DNA of 64,000 bases from Octopus sinensis (taxonomy: Eukaryota). The stretch spans positions 143,840,001 through 143,904,000 of the forward strand of contig NC_042999.1 of the NCBI RefSeq assembly GCF_006345805.1. Reading direction: 5' to 3'. The notes beneath the pieces are model-generated. The model was not told the DNA's origin and did no database searches. It worked only from the letters and a program-made list of their open reading frames with translations. Of this stretch, positions 1 to 13,175 are shown piece by piece. Both the position numbers and the translations under genes were made by a program. How positions within the stretch are numbered: position 1 is the first letter of the stretch; every line of letters starts with the position of its first letter.

Positions 1-1468
1 GAAGTTTTTGTTATTTGACACAGAACATGTCCCTCTCTATCCATATTTTATGGGGGGGGGTCCGTCTCCTATTTTGCCAGGCTCGCACCAGCAGTAACAT
101 TCCATAAAAATTCTGTTGTTATTTTGAGATCACCTTCTAATCTTTGCAACATTAGTTGAATAAACATTAGATCCATACTTCCGTTCAGTGGGACACTTAT
201 AATGCAACAGAAATTTACTTGAGGATTCAGTATATTAAAGTAACTATGATATAAATTTTTATCTGATATAACACTCATAAAATGAACTTTGGTGATAAGA
301 TGACCGTTGATTTTAAGGAGTCAACGTCTTCAGGACGGCTGCCAGCCATATTTAAAAGGATTCTCTTCCCCTTGAGGCAGATTCAACTCTGTTAGGAGTT
401 AACCCGGTTATTTATGGTCTCGGAGTAAGTATTATTATTGTTGTTACCAGTCATTAACCAGTAGGCCATAGTTCTAAGTTAATTATGAGCAGTAATGAGC
501 AACAACAATAATGCAAGGCCTGGAATTTTGAGGGAAGGATCTAGTTGTTTACATCAACCCCAGTGCTCAACTGGTACGTATTTAATCGACACAAAAAAGA
601 TGAAAGGCAAGATGTTTTTCGTCTGGCAGGATTTCCAAATAAGAAAAAATGTAACCAAGTACTATCCCCACAGAGTATGCTCATCATTACAATTGTCACC
701 ATCATCCACCACAATCATTATCATCATCGTCATCATAATTATCATCAACAATATCCTTATCATTATCACATGTATTCTTTAATACTTGCTAAGAAACGAA
801 GATGACAATGCCCGTCACCACGCAGTTCGATCTAACATGCATACATAAGCACACATATATACATGCACACATGCGTAGACATATATAAGCATAAACACAA
901 TCACACATACACACCAGCACATTCAACATACATATTCTTATGTATGTGAATATATTATTGTATATAAGCATGCACACTTACATACATGCATGAATACTAT
1001 ATGTATAGACATATGCATATTTGTCTATACATATATATATATATCCAAACACATACATACATATATCCAAATACATATATAAACACACATATCAGTGTGC
1101 GCTTGTGCGTGTGTGTGTGAGTTCGTATATACCTGCGCATGTAATTGTAAGTTTAGATGCATACAGGCAAAAGCGTACGTAGACAAACACACATCATCAT
1201 ATACAGATAAAATTTAAAACCGTAAAGCTCTAAAACAGTGCACATCTTTCGACATTGATTTATCGTGCAAGTCAGTCTATTCTGGTTGTGTCGGACATTT
1301 TGCAAATATGCTAGAGTACACAGCAAAACTCTTATTGTTTGGCCGTGCTCCAGTTTACTTATAATTTCTTTCTCGTTTAACGGACATGTCTGCAGTGTAT
1401 CTACTTGTGTGTATGTGTACCTATGTGCTTCTCTATTCTCTCTCTACCACACTCCCATCTCTCTCTCG

Positions 1469-1511
<43 letters not shown>

Positions 1512-1512
1512 G

Positions 1513-1564
<52 letters not shown>

Positions 1565-1854
1565 TACAGACAGACACATATGTGTGTCTGTTAATATATA
1601 TATACACATACACACACACACACACACACACTCGTATATATATATGGCTAGAAAATCTCTAGAAGAGATGAAAGTAGTAACTATACTCAGAAGTGATGTC
1701 TGTCGCCACTTCAACATGGTTGATCCGTACCAACCAACGTTACTATTATTTTTAACCCCAAGTGGGTACCTCCTCTAGCTGATTAACGATGCAATCTGCT
1801 GCCGATATATGTTGCAAGTATGGAAGAGAATCCCCTACCATCTTCTAGCGACTG

Positions 1855-1906
1855 ATCCACCAGACCAGGTTGGTTTCGGGCTATTTTCCCATCCTCAGTG
1901 GTGGAT
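1855..1906 (-). ncRNA. Type I hammerhead ribozyme motif, well formed
   Basis: Minus strand reads ATCCACCA-CTGAGGA-T-GGG-AAAATAG-CCC-GAAA-CCA-ACC-TGG-TC/TGGTGGAT: 8-bp stem I, intact CUGANGA and GAAA core, 3-bp stems II and III, GUC cleavage triplet. One extra T lies between A9 and stem II. Confidence 0.88.
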
Positions 1907-2033
1907 ACTTGTCCGACAGAGATAGCAGTAATTCGGTCCAGCTCGCAATATATAGAAAAATAAGTGTGTATGTGTGCGCGCGTGCGTGTATATATATATA
2001 TATATACATATCATATGTATATATATATATATT

Positions 2034-2084
<51 letters not shown>

Positions 2085-2086
<2 letters not shown>

Positions 2087-2389
2087 AGGCGCAATGGCCC
2101 AGTGTTTAGGGCAGCGGACTCGCGGTCGGAGGATCGCGGTTTCGATTCCCAGACCAGGCGTTGTGTGTGTTTATTGAGCGAAAACACCTAAACGCTCCAC
2201 GAGGCTCCAGCAGGGTGTGGTGGCTCATCCCTGTTGTACTCTTTCGCTACAACTTTCTCTCACTCTCTCTTCCAGTTTCTTAGTAACGCTGCGATGGACT
2301 GGCGTCCCGTGCAGCTGGGGGGGGGGAACACATACGCCCCAGAAACCGGGCCCATGAGCCTGGTTAAGTTTAAAAAAGGCGAAAGAGGA
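2085..2389 (+). mobile_element. tRNA(Arg)-like SINE with V-domain-like core
   Basis: Head GGAGGCGCAATGGCCCAGTG...GACTCGCGGTC...GGTTTCGATTCCC has A/B boxes and a TCG anticodon-like loop. Core CTGCGATGGACTGGCGTCCCGT. Ends in (TA)n. Confidence 0.8.
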
Positions 2390-2411
2390 TATATATATAT
2401 ATATATATATA

Positions 2412-2522
2412 TCCTCTTTCGCTTTTTTTAAGCCTAGCCAGGCTCATGGTCCCGGTTTCCCGGTTTCTGTGGCGTATGTGTTCCCCCCAGCTGGACAGGA
2501 CGCCAGTCCATCGCAGCGTTAC
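2412..2522 (-). mobile_element. 3' fragment of the same SINE, inverted
   Basis: Reverse complement matches 2283-2389 with a few substitutions and indels. Confidence 0.85.
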
Positions 2523-2889
2523 AATATATATATATATCTATACTCACACACACACACACATTCACATGTGCGTCTGCGCGTTTCCACACATACATGCACA
2601 CACAAGCACATAAACACATATACATGTGCATGTGAGCGTATACGTATGTGTATACGTGTATCGGTACGTTTGTGTTCATAAACTATGTATCTATATAGTT
2701 GTCTAAAATGATTGCATGCATTATATGCTTATGCATCTCTATTCGATAAATAAACGTACGTATATACACGTACATGTATGCGTATGTGAATGACTATATT
2801 TGTGCTCGTATGTATGACTGTGTGCTAGAGAGTAAGAGTGTTAAGTCTCCTGTAATAAATAATAAATGAATATATAAAAATGCATCGAT

Positions 2890-3450
2890 GGCAATTTAGG
2901 ATTTCAGAACAGCAACTAATGCCGCTGTGAATCTCACGAGCTTGTGTAGATGTAGATTAATTGGCCAAGTTGTTTGGTGCTACTGATATTTGTGCAGGAG
3001 AACAAAGGTTCGGGTCTTTAGGTCTCTGGTCCTCCATGCCCTGCTCTATAGTTATGAGACTTGGAGATGATCCGGGGCCCTTAGTAACCGCCTAAACTCC
3101 TTCTGTACCAGGACGCTTCGCAAAATTATGAGATACCATTGGTCGGGTTTTGTATCCATCAAATAAGTCTACTCAGGAACTGGGAGGCATCTTGCTAATT
3201 TTATGATTCGTGAGCGCCACTCAGACTGTTTCTTCATGCTGCTTGTTTTTCCGAGTTAGAATTGCTTACCGTTTTTCTTCACTGAGGATCCGGCCGGTTT
3301 GAAGCCTCGTGTTGATCGACCACATGTTACATGGCTAAGGAAGATTAGAAGGTATCTCACAAGATGAGGACTGACTACGATTCTGCACGACGGGTCGCCA
3401 TGTAGCAATGCGCTGCACAGCTCACGTCCCCACACTTGACCTGATTCTGA
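2890..3450 (+). mobile_element. RTE-clade LINE, decayed 3' end
   Basis: Broken frames read TKVRVFRSLVLHALLYSYETW...LNSFCTRTLRKIMRYHWSGFVS...IRERH, the post-RT region typical of RTE elements. Confidence 0.75.
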
Positions 3451-4120
3451 TGATGAACATTTTATTTATGTATGTATGTATGTATGTATGTATGTATGTA
3501 TGTATGTATGAAGGTAGGTAGGTAGGTAGGTAGGTAGGTAGGTAGGTATGCAGAGATGCAGACATGGCCGAGAGGTTAAAAAGTTCTCTTTTCAATATTG
3601 AGGTCCTGGATTCAACATCAATGGATTCGAACCAAGCTTGTGAGTTAAATTGGACTGAAGGGGAACTGTTTGATGTATATTTACTGCTCACCCCGTTATT
3701 GGGAAGGTATATTTAAATCAGAAGTGTGACTCTGCTTAAGAATAACGTTAATGCAGGTAAAAAAGTAATTTATATGCTAATTTAATGAGTATGTGGTAGT
3801 TACGTTTTCATTAACTGGAAATTTACGTTCGAAATTGGTGGAAGACCCATGTATTTGTATTCGATGTGAATGTCTTTTTAAACAGATTTTCAGGTAAACA
3901 CACACACACATAAACACACACACACAAGCATAAGCGCTCAAACACACTTTGCGTTTACTCATTTGGAAGAAACTGATGAGTCACTGCAATGCTAAACAGA
4001 TTTCCTCGCTACTTGGATCACTCATGCGATAAAAGCGTAAATATTTTGGTTGAAAGAATGACGATCCACTCCTTGCAAGTGGAGAGGAGTTAATCTTCAA
4101 GTTCTTCTAAATACCAGGGT

Positions 4121-5340
4121 TGTATCAAAAGAATGTGAAAGTGGGTATAACATTTTTATTAACTGACATAGGTCGCTCAATCTGCGCATGTCGGTGAAAT
4201 AGATTTCTATCGTAATTCTTCTTCCTGTTCTTATCCGTTGCAGGCAACTATTGCGTTCCAAACGGAAGAATCATTGAGTTTTTGATGAAAAAGGGGGTCC
4301 AGGCCATCTGACATCAACAGATACAAGTACTTTGCATAGGGTACGACACCATTAAGTAGATCAATATGTTAGATGGAAGAAGGAGTTTAAAGAAAGGAAA
4401 ACCAATATTGAAAATAAATCACACAGTAGGAGAGCTATCAATTGCGACCACATCTGAATCACCAGCGAGTGGAAGAATAAATTTGCGAGTACAGAAAAGT
4501 TGTAATGCTTTACAGAAAATCGTGGAAGACTTTCGGTATTGGAAAATATGTGCAAAATGGATATCTCAGAGGTTGACACCCAGTTTGAAAGAATGAATGG
4601 AGGAAGTCTACTATGATCAGCTGGAAATGTTTGAAGTCAATGAAGAAACGGTTTTTTTTCCGATTTGATGACAGGACGAACCGTGGCAGTATATTTATGA
4701 TCTAAAAGTCCCAGTCCATAAAATTGCTTCAGACCTCTTCTTGAAAGCCTAAGAAGTTCAAGAACCTGTGATTGGCACAAAAAGTAACGGTAATTGTTTT
4801 GTGGATTAAAAACTCGTATTTTTCTTCGATTTTCTGAAACATGGGTGTATCTTGATCAGCGATCGATTCATGGAAACACTAAAACATCTCAGAGAAGCTA
4901 TAAGGAGAAAGAGAACGACAAGAATCAGAAAACGATCTACATTCACCATGAAACGCAGGACTATGCATATTTTTGCCAACAAATCAAGCACTCAGTATAT
5001 TGGGCTAGTCAGTGATTTCCTATCTACTTTATTCTCTGGATCTGTCGCCCGCGACTTCCAGTCTTTTGGTCATCTGAAGGACAGTTTTCGGAGAAAACAA
5101 TTTCATGATATAGATGAGGTGAAAGTATTTGTAGGTGGGTACTACAGCGAACAGATGAATTTTTTAAAATAAAAGTTTTAGAGTTGCATTTATAGACGGC
5201 ACAAATGTATCATTTGTAAGGGAAGCTATGTTGAATATTATCTTTGTATAAAGAAAATGCTATCCTACTAACATCTACAGTTTGAACAACATACGTCAGT
5301 AAATAAAAAGTTATACCCACTTTTGTACACTTTTAATATA
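4121..5340 (+). mobile_element. Decayed Tc1/mariner transposon
   Basis: Imperfect TIRs (AAAGTGGGTATAACATTTTTATT near 4138; AATAAAAAGTTATACCCACTTTT near 5302). Transposase remnants RWKKEFKE and RDFQSFGHLKDSFRRKQFHDIDEVK (YSPDLAPSDF-region decay). Confidence 0.8.
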
Positions 5341-5351
5341 ACTCAAGAGCT

Positions 5352-5425
<74 letters not shown>

Positions 5426-5829
5426 CTGTGTGTAGTATACTGTTCGGTGAGTAAGTAAAGCCTCTTAGTTGGCTAGTCACGTATGGAGTTTGAAGCCCAA
5501 TGCCACATCATATGCAGTCAAGTGGAAAACAGTCAAAAAAGGTTCACACCATATGTCAACAGATAAAAAAATAAAATTGTAAGCTACGCGTAGCTGAAAG
5601 ATCACAGATCCTTTTCGGATCTCAGGACTCCACTGCACTGCTGAATTCTAGAATTTCCGTTGCTGAAGTGGAAAATGCCATCCTCTCCGAATTGAGCTGC
5701 TGAACCATAGAGTCAGCTTTATGAATTAACAGCCGAAGGAAACATAACTCCAATTTCTCCCCCTCTTTTCTGTTTTCTTTTTCGTTTTCCGGGGTTGCCG
5801 GGTATGCGAATAAGAGTACAAGAGTTAAC

Positions 5830-6065
5830 GAATGGATTAGATAAGATCCGGGTTACATGTTTTATAGCGAGCGGAACCTCGGAAGTGGCGAATATCCAAG
5901 TGAGATGTATACCACAGGCTACTCTTCAGGGCAAAGATATCTTGATTAAATCAAAGTTTACATTGTCGCAAGGAGGTGCGGTATACACCTTGCTTGGACA
6001 TTCACCACTTCTGAGGTTCCGCTCTCTACAAAACATATGCAACTCGGATCTTATCTAATCCATTC
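5830..6065. mobile_element. Fold-back / MITE-like element
   Basis: About 85-bp inverted arms (5830-5913 vs 5978-6065). A partial related copy lies near 56710-56860. Confidence 0.75.
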
Positions 6066-6077
6066 CTTACACACACA

Positions 6078-6202
<125 letters not shown>

Positions 6203-6245
6203 TGTATATGTATACATACATATATTTGTGTGTGTGTGTAAAATT

Positions 6246-6629
6246 AATATAAACAGCAGTTTGCAATGTTTCGTCAAAAATGAGAATTATAATTGTCACT
6301 AAATGTGACTTGGGTGTTAGAAACGCCTACATTGCTGGAAATAAGAGCTAAAATGTAAGCATATACACAAACAGAGACCTTAATCGTCCGAAAAATCCCG
6401 ATCGAGAATTCTTAATATTGACGTCAGTTTCGGCAATTTTCATTGCCTCATCAGTTAAGACTGGCTGGAAAGTTCGACTTTTTCCAGATTGACTTGCTTG
6501 TGCACTGACTTCAGTATTAGAGCATTTTAGCTTTCATTTCTAGCAATGTAGGTGCTTCCAACACCCTAGTCACATTTAGTGACAACTGTACTTCTGTTTG
6601 GTGAAACATTGCAAACTGCTGTTTATATT
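6246..6629 (-). mobile_element. Inverted-repeat-bounded non-autonomous element carrying a hammerhead
   Basis: About 105-bp imperfect terminal inverted repeats (6246-6353 vs 6524-6629) enclose the ribozyme motif at 6410-6460. Sits next to a TA/CA microsatellite. Confidence 0.75.
6410..6460 (-). ncRNA. Type I hammerhead ribozyme motif with near-palindromic stem III
   Basis: Minus strand reads TCTTAA-CTGATGA-GGCAA-TGAAAA-TTGCC-GAAA-CTGACGTCAA-TA/TTAAGA: 6-bp stem I, 5-bp stem II, intact core. Confidence 0.85.
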
Positions 6630-6699
6630 TTATGCATACACATTAACGAATCGCTAAATCATCCATTAATTTGGATGACGAAACACATACTAATATAGA

Positions 6700-6920
6700 A
6701 GCAAGTACGAAAAAAGTCGAACTTTCGAGTCAGTCTGACTGATGAGGCAACGGAAATTGCCGAAACTGACGTCAGTATTCAGAATTCTCGATCGGCATTT
6801 ATCGGACGATTAAGGACGCTGTTATTGTATATACTTACATTTATGTGCGTTGACAACAGCATTAAAGCATCTTAGGTCTTATTTCTAGCAATGTAGGAGC
6901 CAGATTTAGTGACAATTATA
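6700..6920 (+). mobile_element. Second, oppositely oriented partial copy of the 6246-6629 element
   Basis: Shares AAAGTCGAACTTT...GAATTCTCGATCGG...CGGACGATTAAGG and part of the terminal repeat (TTATTTCTAGCAATGTAGG...TTTAGTGACAATTATA). Confidence 0.75.
6734..6783 (+). ncRNA. Type I hammerhead ribozyme motif with a 1-nt stem I defect
   Basis: TCTGA-CTGATGA-GGCAA-CGGAAA-TTGCC-GAAA-CTGACGTCAG-TA/TTCAGA. Stem III is a perfect palindrome. The 5' strand of stem I lacks one A. Confidence 0.75.
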
Positions 6921-6940
6921 TGTATGTATATATATATATA

Positions 6941-6978
<38 letters not shown>

Positions 6979-7004
6979 ATGTGTGTGTATCATATGTATG
7001 TATG

Positions 7005-7039
<35 letters not shown>

Positions 7040-7739
7040 ATATATATATATTATATATAATATATATATATATATTACACTCAGGCGCGCGCTCATATAT
7101 GTATGTATTTATCGGCACCGATTTTTGTGGACCGTGTCCATTTTTTCTAAACCATGAACAATATATATATATATAATGGTTCACGTAGTACATTTTGGAG
7201 CTACACTCTTAGATGAGCTGATGGACTGTATCATTCTTCACCAACTTTAACCATTATTGCAGGAATTGAATTAGTATACCAGGCTACATCCACGATGTCT
7301 ACACGCAAACAATCCCATTAAGAAGTAATTAAGTGCCTATGATAAAAGACAATGTAAAATTTCTACAATAGGACAATAAATTGCAAGGGTAAATATGCAT
7401 AAAGAAATTTATAATATCCGTAGATTATTTCAAAGTCTCTCTAAGGAAGCTAATGAGTATTATAATAAATATTTATAAAATAAACATCTACTATTCCGTC
7501 ATCAATATCATTTTTAAAAATACAAACGTTAAAGAAATTAATCATTCAAGTAAATTCATAGTAAGTTTCAATGTGTGTGGTATTGTGAACAATGGGAAAT
7601 ACAATTCAACATGACATCCGTGCGTTCAAATATGCAAATTAAATAATTTTAATAAAAAATGTAAATTAATACTAGGAAAAATCAGACAGTTTCTTGCTTG
7701 CATTTGTGAGGCCGATAATACAAAATGGACATCAAGATT

Positions 7740-9120
7740 TGAGGGAGAAGAAAAGCAGTAAACTTTTCTAAATAGTTAGAATTAGTTTCTTCTGCAAGAG
7801 AAACATCATAATCTTCATCTATTGAAAAAGAACAACAGAAGTAAAAGGTTTTTAGGTCATTTTTTAAAATAAAAGAACCCAGGGAAGATTTTCGTAATCT
7901 ATTCTTCTGGTCAGTCCAAAGTTCTATAACATTATATAAGAAAACTAGTTCCTACCTGTCTGTGTGCTCATGCCGTACATTTTTCTCCTTTCTTTTGTTT
8001 TTCCTCATTTTGCTCCTCTTCGTCAAAGTTCAGTCCTTTGCGAGAATTCACTCTTCTTGGTGTAGCTCTTTCAGGTTGTCGATGCACTGTTCTCTTTGCT
8101 TCTCAACTAAATAATTTATGTCCTCTTAATTCGCCTCCAGGTGGACTATCACAGCATTCAGTTTTCTCCATCACAAGTCTTGTCTTAAACATTGAAGATA
8201 CATCAAGTGACAATGCTTTCTAAGAAATATTTGAAGTACTCAGAAGTAAGCTCTCTTCACCACTTCACAACTAAACGCAGAGTATATGCAAAAGTGAAAT
8301 GATTTTTCCGAAACACTTTTAGTGTCGTATCAGTGGGTGAAGTCGTTTCAAAACAGGTCCTGAACAGATGTTTTGTGTATAATCTTTTAAGCATGCAGTC
8401 TCTTGGTGATCTAAGTGCTATAGAAAAGAAGTAGTATTAGGATGTAATAAACAGACTTTGAGAAAATCAAATTCTTTCGACATTTTTTTCATGACTTTGA
8501 ATGGATGTAACGGAGTATTATCCATAACAGGAACAACACTTTCAATCAGAGGTAGTCATGCACAGTGGGAGCAAATACATCAGGGAACCACGCACTAAAT
8601 AGATTCTTCGTAACTCAGCCCTTCGTGTTGGAAATCTACTGAACAATAAATCTGTTCTTTATGTTTTGGAAGTTCGAGGGTATTTTGAATTACATACTAG
8701 GAGTGATTTCATATGTAATCCCCGTGAAGCATTAGTGCAAGAAAAGCAATCTTAGCTTATCCTTTCTCACTCATGATTTGACAACTTAGCCTCTTCTTGT
8801 GTGGTGTTGGTTCTTATAAGCACGTTACAGAAGAAGGGCCGGTTTCATTCTGTCAATATCTTTGCTAGGAGTTTCGCTATGCCACTCAACAATGTGAACA
8901 CTCGTATGATTGGAAGCAACACGTACTGGCTTTACACTCAACTGGTTTTCCACCAGTGACAACAGGAGCAAGTATTTCAAGCTGCCTGTAAATAAATTTA
9001 GCTTTATTCACAGGGAACCACTAGCTAATTGCTTTTATTTTATTTTATCGGTATCAATAATAAATTTTCTCATTTTATTGTGCTTGAGAAATGTTATTAA
9101 GCCTGAATATGCCTTTTGAT
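7740..9120 (-). mobile_element. Probable decayed hAT-like transposase
   Basis: Broken minus frames give ELVFLYNVIELWTDQKNRLRKSSLGSFILKN, like the hAT C-terminal dimerisation motif (ERVFS..WT..RNRL), and LFSAWFPD. Many stops. Confidence 0.45.
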
Positions 9121-9925
9121 ATCGTTGCACATTATAAGCTTTTTTTTCGTTAAAACGGTACAAATTGTACACTTGACTAATCCAAATTCCACACTAAATT
9201 CACTTAAACTGAAGCCAGTATCTCTCTCAGTAGTAAGTTCTGCTTTTCTTTAAAAATATATTGCTATACTAAAGTTTGTTCTTCGTGGCTTTGATTTTGT
9301 CATGGTGAATATTTTACTATCAAAAACGTGAACCACAGCAATCTTTTTGATTTTGAAAAATTTCCACTGATTGAAATAAAATATAAAGAAGCAAAATGAC
9401 GCTATAAATTTATCCATTTTATTCATCTAATTATTTATTTTGATATAAGAATAGCATGAACAACAGGAAGCAACTCAAGATATCATTCGTTTCCTTCGTT
9501 TGAAAAAAAATTATCTTATTTACATGGAGATTTTTTGTTGAACTGATTTTATTCATTGACAAAATGTTAAAAAAAGCATTCGTTACCAAAAGAAGCCACT
9601 GTATATGGGTAGAGCAAAGGAAATCAAGGGAGGAAGAGGGAGGAGTAGAGGTGGGGATTGGAGAAGAGAGAGAGGGAGAGATAAAGAGATAAGAGATAAT
9701 TTATCATATCAATATTAAATGGTCAAATTCAATTTCCAAATTTTTTCTTTCACTACATAAAATAAACTTTGTCTCTCTTCCCCCACCATACATATATATA
9801 TATATTATACTGACATTGCGTCTATCAATGGGTTTTGACGTTACATTATTACTCACAGTTCTTCTGAAGTTGAACTCAACTGGGTTTCCTGTTGTAAGGA
9901 ATTTTAAATATATATCTTTACATAA

Positions 9926-10016
<91 letters not shown>

Positions 10017-10062
10017 TTTCCGCTCCTCTCTCTCTCTCTATATATATATATATGTATAATAT

Positions 10063-10102
<40 letters not shown>

Positions 10103-10156
10103 ATATTGTATATATATTATTATGTTACATTGTATTACATCATATTATATATATAT

Positions 10157-10405
<249 letters not shown>

Positions 10406-12002
10406 CTATGGGTTGCTTTGAATAGACTGCATTTATGCTTTCGAGTTACCACTGGATCTATATTTATATTAATATATATTGATTCGACTATTCGTGTTCT
10501 GTCGTACATGAACGGATGATCACTCGTATTGACTATAGAAGAGAAGGAAGGAAAGTTGCGTCGTTCATGGTTTTGCCAAGATTATATAGAGAGTAAGTGA
10601 AGTGCGATAACATACGAACCATACAAGCGACAGATATTACTCCTTTAGAATTAAGACGCACCTATTGCAAATAACTTTGCGCATTTTGAACATCTCTGCC
10701 AAATTAATAAAGCATATGCTGGTTTAATATATTATTCCATGTCATATTATTTTACTCCTCTTTAATTGGCTTCAGCTACTGGTCTTCTGCGATGCAGGTA
10801 CACAGGGGCTTAATTAATTATATGAATACCAGTTCTTTGTCCGCTACCTATTTCATAATTTTCACGTTTCCAGAAGATAGCAAAATAAGCATTGACAAAA
10901 CAGTAGATAATTCAGTTAGTCACTATTGCCATAGGTTATTTTTGATCGAATGTACTGGTTCTCCCTACGTTGTTATACAAACATACCAACCAATAATAGT
11001 AAAATGCATCATAATAGTAGAATACTGCCAGCGGGATCGAATCCGGAGCACATTGATGTGAGGCAAAATTCTTAACCACACAACCATGTCTACACTCAAA
11101 TATGATCTTATTTTCGCAACTTCTTAAAATAAAAGTAACTTAAGGCCAAAATATTTAATCTAAGGAACTAACCAGAAATATGTATTGGGTGAGATTAGCG
11201 AGAGTTTAATAACATATTCAGCTGTCCTGTAAATACGAGACATGTTTCAGTTTTATTCTAACTCTATCTTTCAGGCAAAATATCCACTGCACATATCGAA
11301 GTTGTGTTCAATGAATAACGAAGTACTGGCTGAGATATGAAAATAGAATTCTTTGAAAAGTAATTCTGAGACGCCATATGCATAAATTGCCCGTAGATAA
11401 ATTAGTGTTACCATTTCTAATGCATAGAAAATAAGCCATTGGCTCTTAAACTCCTTAATGGTGTCGTAGACACGTCGTGTAACATAAGATGAGTCTTGGG
11501 CACTTATAGAGCTGGTGAAGCCCACCCCTCTCCAGATTTGACCGCAGCCGATTTATTCCAGAAGAGAAAAAAGCGCCCAGAAAGAGTTCGAAAAAGCAGA
11601 ATCCTACCTACGATAGAATTGGTACATTATTGACCCCCAAATAGGTGAAAGGTAAAATAACATCACAGGAATATGCACTCAGGGAGTAGAGAGTTAGAAT
11701 GACCGCCGCAAATCAACCTATCTGACACACAGAAGCCTCTGACAATTAACCGCCCTTAGAGCATATAAGAACCAATGAATTTATATAGCAATGATGGAGA
11801 ATAAGTATATTAGTAAGTAATACCAATTGACATGAGCTGACATTCAACGATTATGAATATACAAGGATTTCTTATTTAGCAATATGAATATAATTGTTGC
11901 CTTAAAAGACTGATATGCTATGATATCCATAGCGTCCATAGAAAACTAAACAGCGTACCGTGCTTCATAGTATTAAATATCACACACACACACACCATAC
12001 TT

Positions 12003-12037
<35 letters not shown>

Positions 12038-12329
12038 GACACACACACACGCACACATACACACACACGCACACACACTGACATAGAGAGAAATGTATAG
12101 CTATAGTGTATGAAAAATAGGTGCTCAAACCCAAAATGCAACTAAGAAATCCACATAAAATATAAATATGCAGTAGATATTTATTCCTAAAATACGCAAA
12201 GCCTCATTGAGGTGTGAAATCTGTTGAAGAGAGTTGGATGGTGGATTCGGGGGAACGCTAGATAAAAAGAACTTTTTTATCCAGCGTTCTAGCGATTCTA
12301 CAATCCAACACTTATTTAAAAATACATAT

Positions 12330-12666
12330 AACCAAGGCACAAGGTGACATGTTAGGATTTAAACATGTGTAGAATAGTGAGAGTACAGAGTAAGGCATTT
12401 AGTTTGGCGCACTACCAGTTTTGTCACTCCTCCTCATCTACTCTAATAAGTAACTCTTACCCAATTGGGTACTCATTGTCACTCGACCTGTTAGAAATAG
12501 CAGCGAAATCTCTCTCCTGTGACATTCAATAGTCTTTAAAGAAGGGAACAAACTGGACATGGTCCTTGATACATTGTGCAGGCAATGCATAATGTATCAA
12601 GGTTCGCATGCATTCGGTTATAGGGCAACTCGATCAGGGCTGACTTTATGGTTAAACAACAACAAC
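12330..12666 (+). mobile_element. SINE-like repeat with (CAA)n tail
   Basis: GACCTGTTAGAAATAGCAGCGAAATCTC core and GATCAGGGCTGAC...AAACAACAACAAC tail. A related copy lies near 36870-37225. Confidence 0.55.
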
Positions 12667-13133
12667 ACAAACTACAACTTACATAGAAACCCAAAACTCT
12701 ACTCTTCCTGACATAGAGAATAACTATTTAGTGTCTGTTTCAACACTTTGGAATCTCTACTTCTTCACCGCCCCAAAACAAAGAAAACGTTGAAGAGAAC
12801 TGAACTGCATTTTGTTGAAGTTGTTGTCGATTAGTTCTTATTCAAAATTGATCGAACATACCTAAAATCGACAGCATTGCATCCATGACAATCTCACTTT
12901 CTAATGTTTTAGCGATGTAGTTAGAATTACATTATCCAATGTGCACTTTTTATATTAACATGGTAGAATGTTATCTGAAAATAATTTTCTAGCAGGTCGG
13001 ATCAGAAGCTCTTTCATTCGATATGGAGAGTTTCTATTCACATGTACAGAGGCGCTTGATGTGTTTGTGTGTGAGCATGCGGATGTGCGTGCGTAAGCGC
13101 GCGTCATAAAAACACACTCACACACACACACAT

Positions 13134-13175
<42 letters not shown>

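Noticed and set aside
296-333. Minus-strand CTGAAGA followed by a 6-bp hairpin (CGTTGA/TCAACG)
   Set aside because: Followed by GTCA rather than GAAA, with no stem I or III; an ordinary hairpin.
2085-2160. tRNA-like sequence (also near 3565, 11020 and 40200)
   Set aside because: These continue into SINE bodies and lack a paired acceptor stem; they are SINE heads, not tRNA genes.
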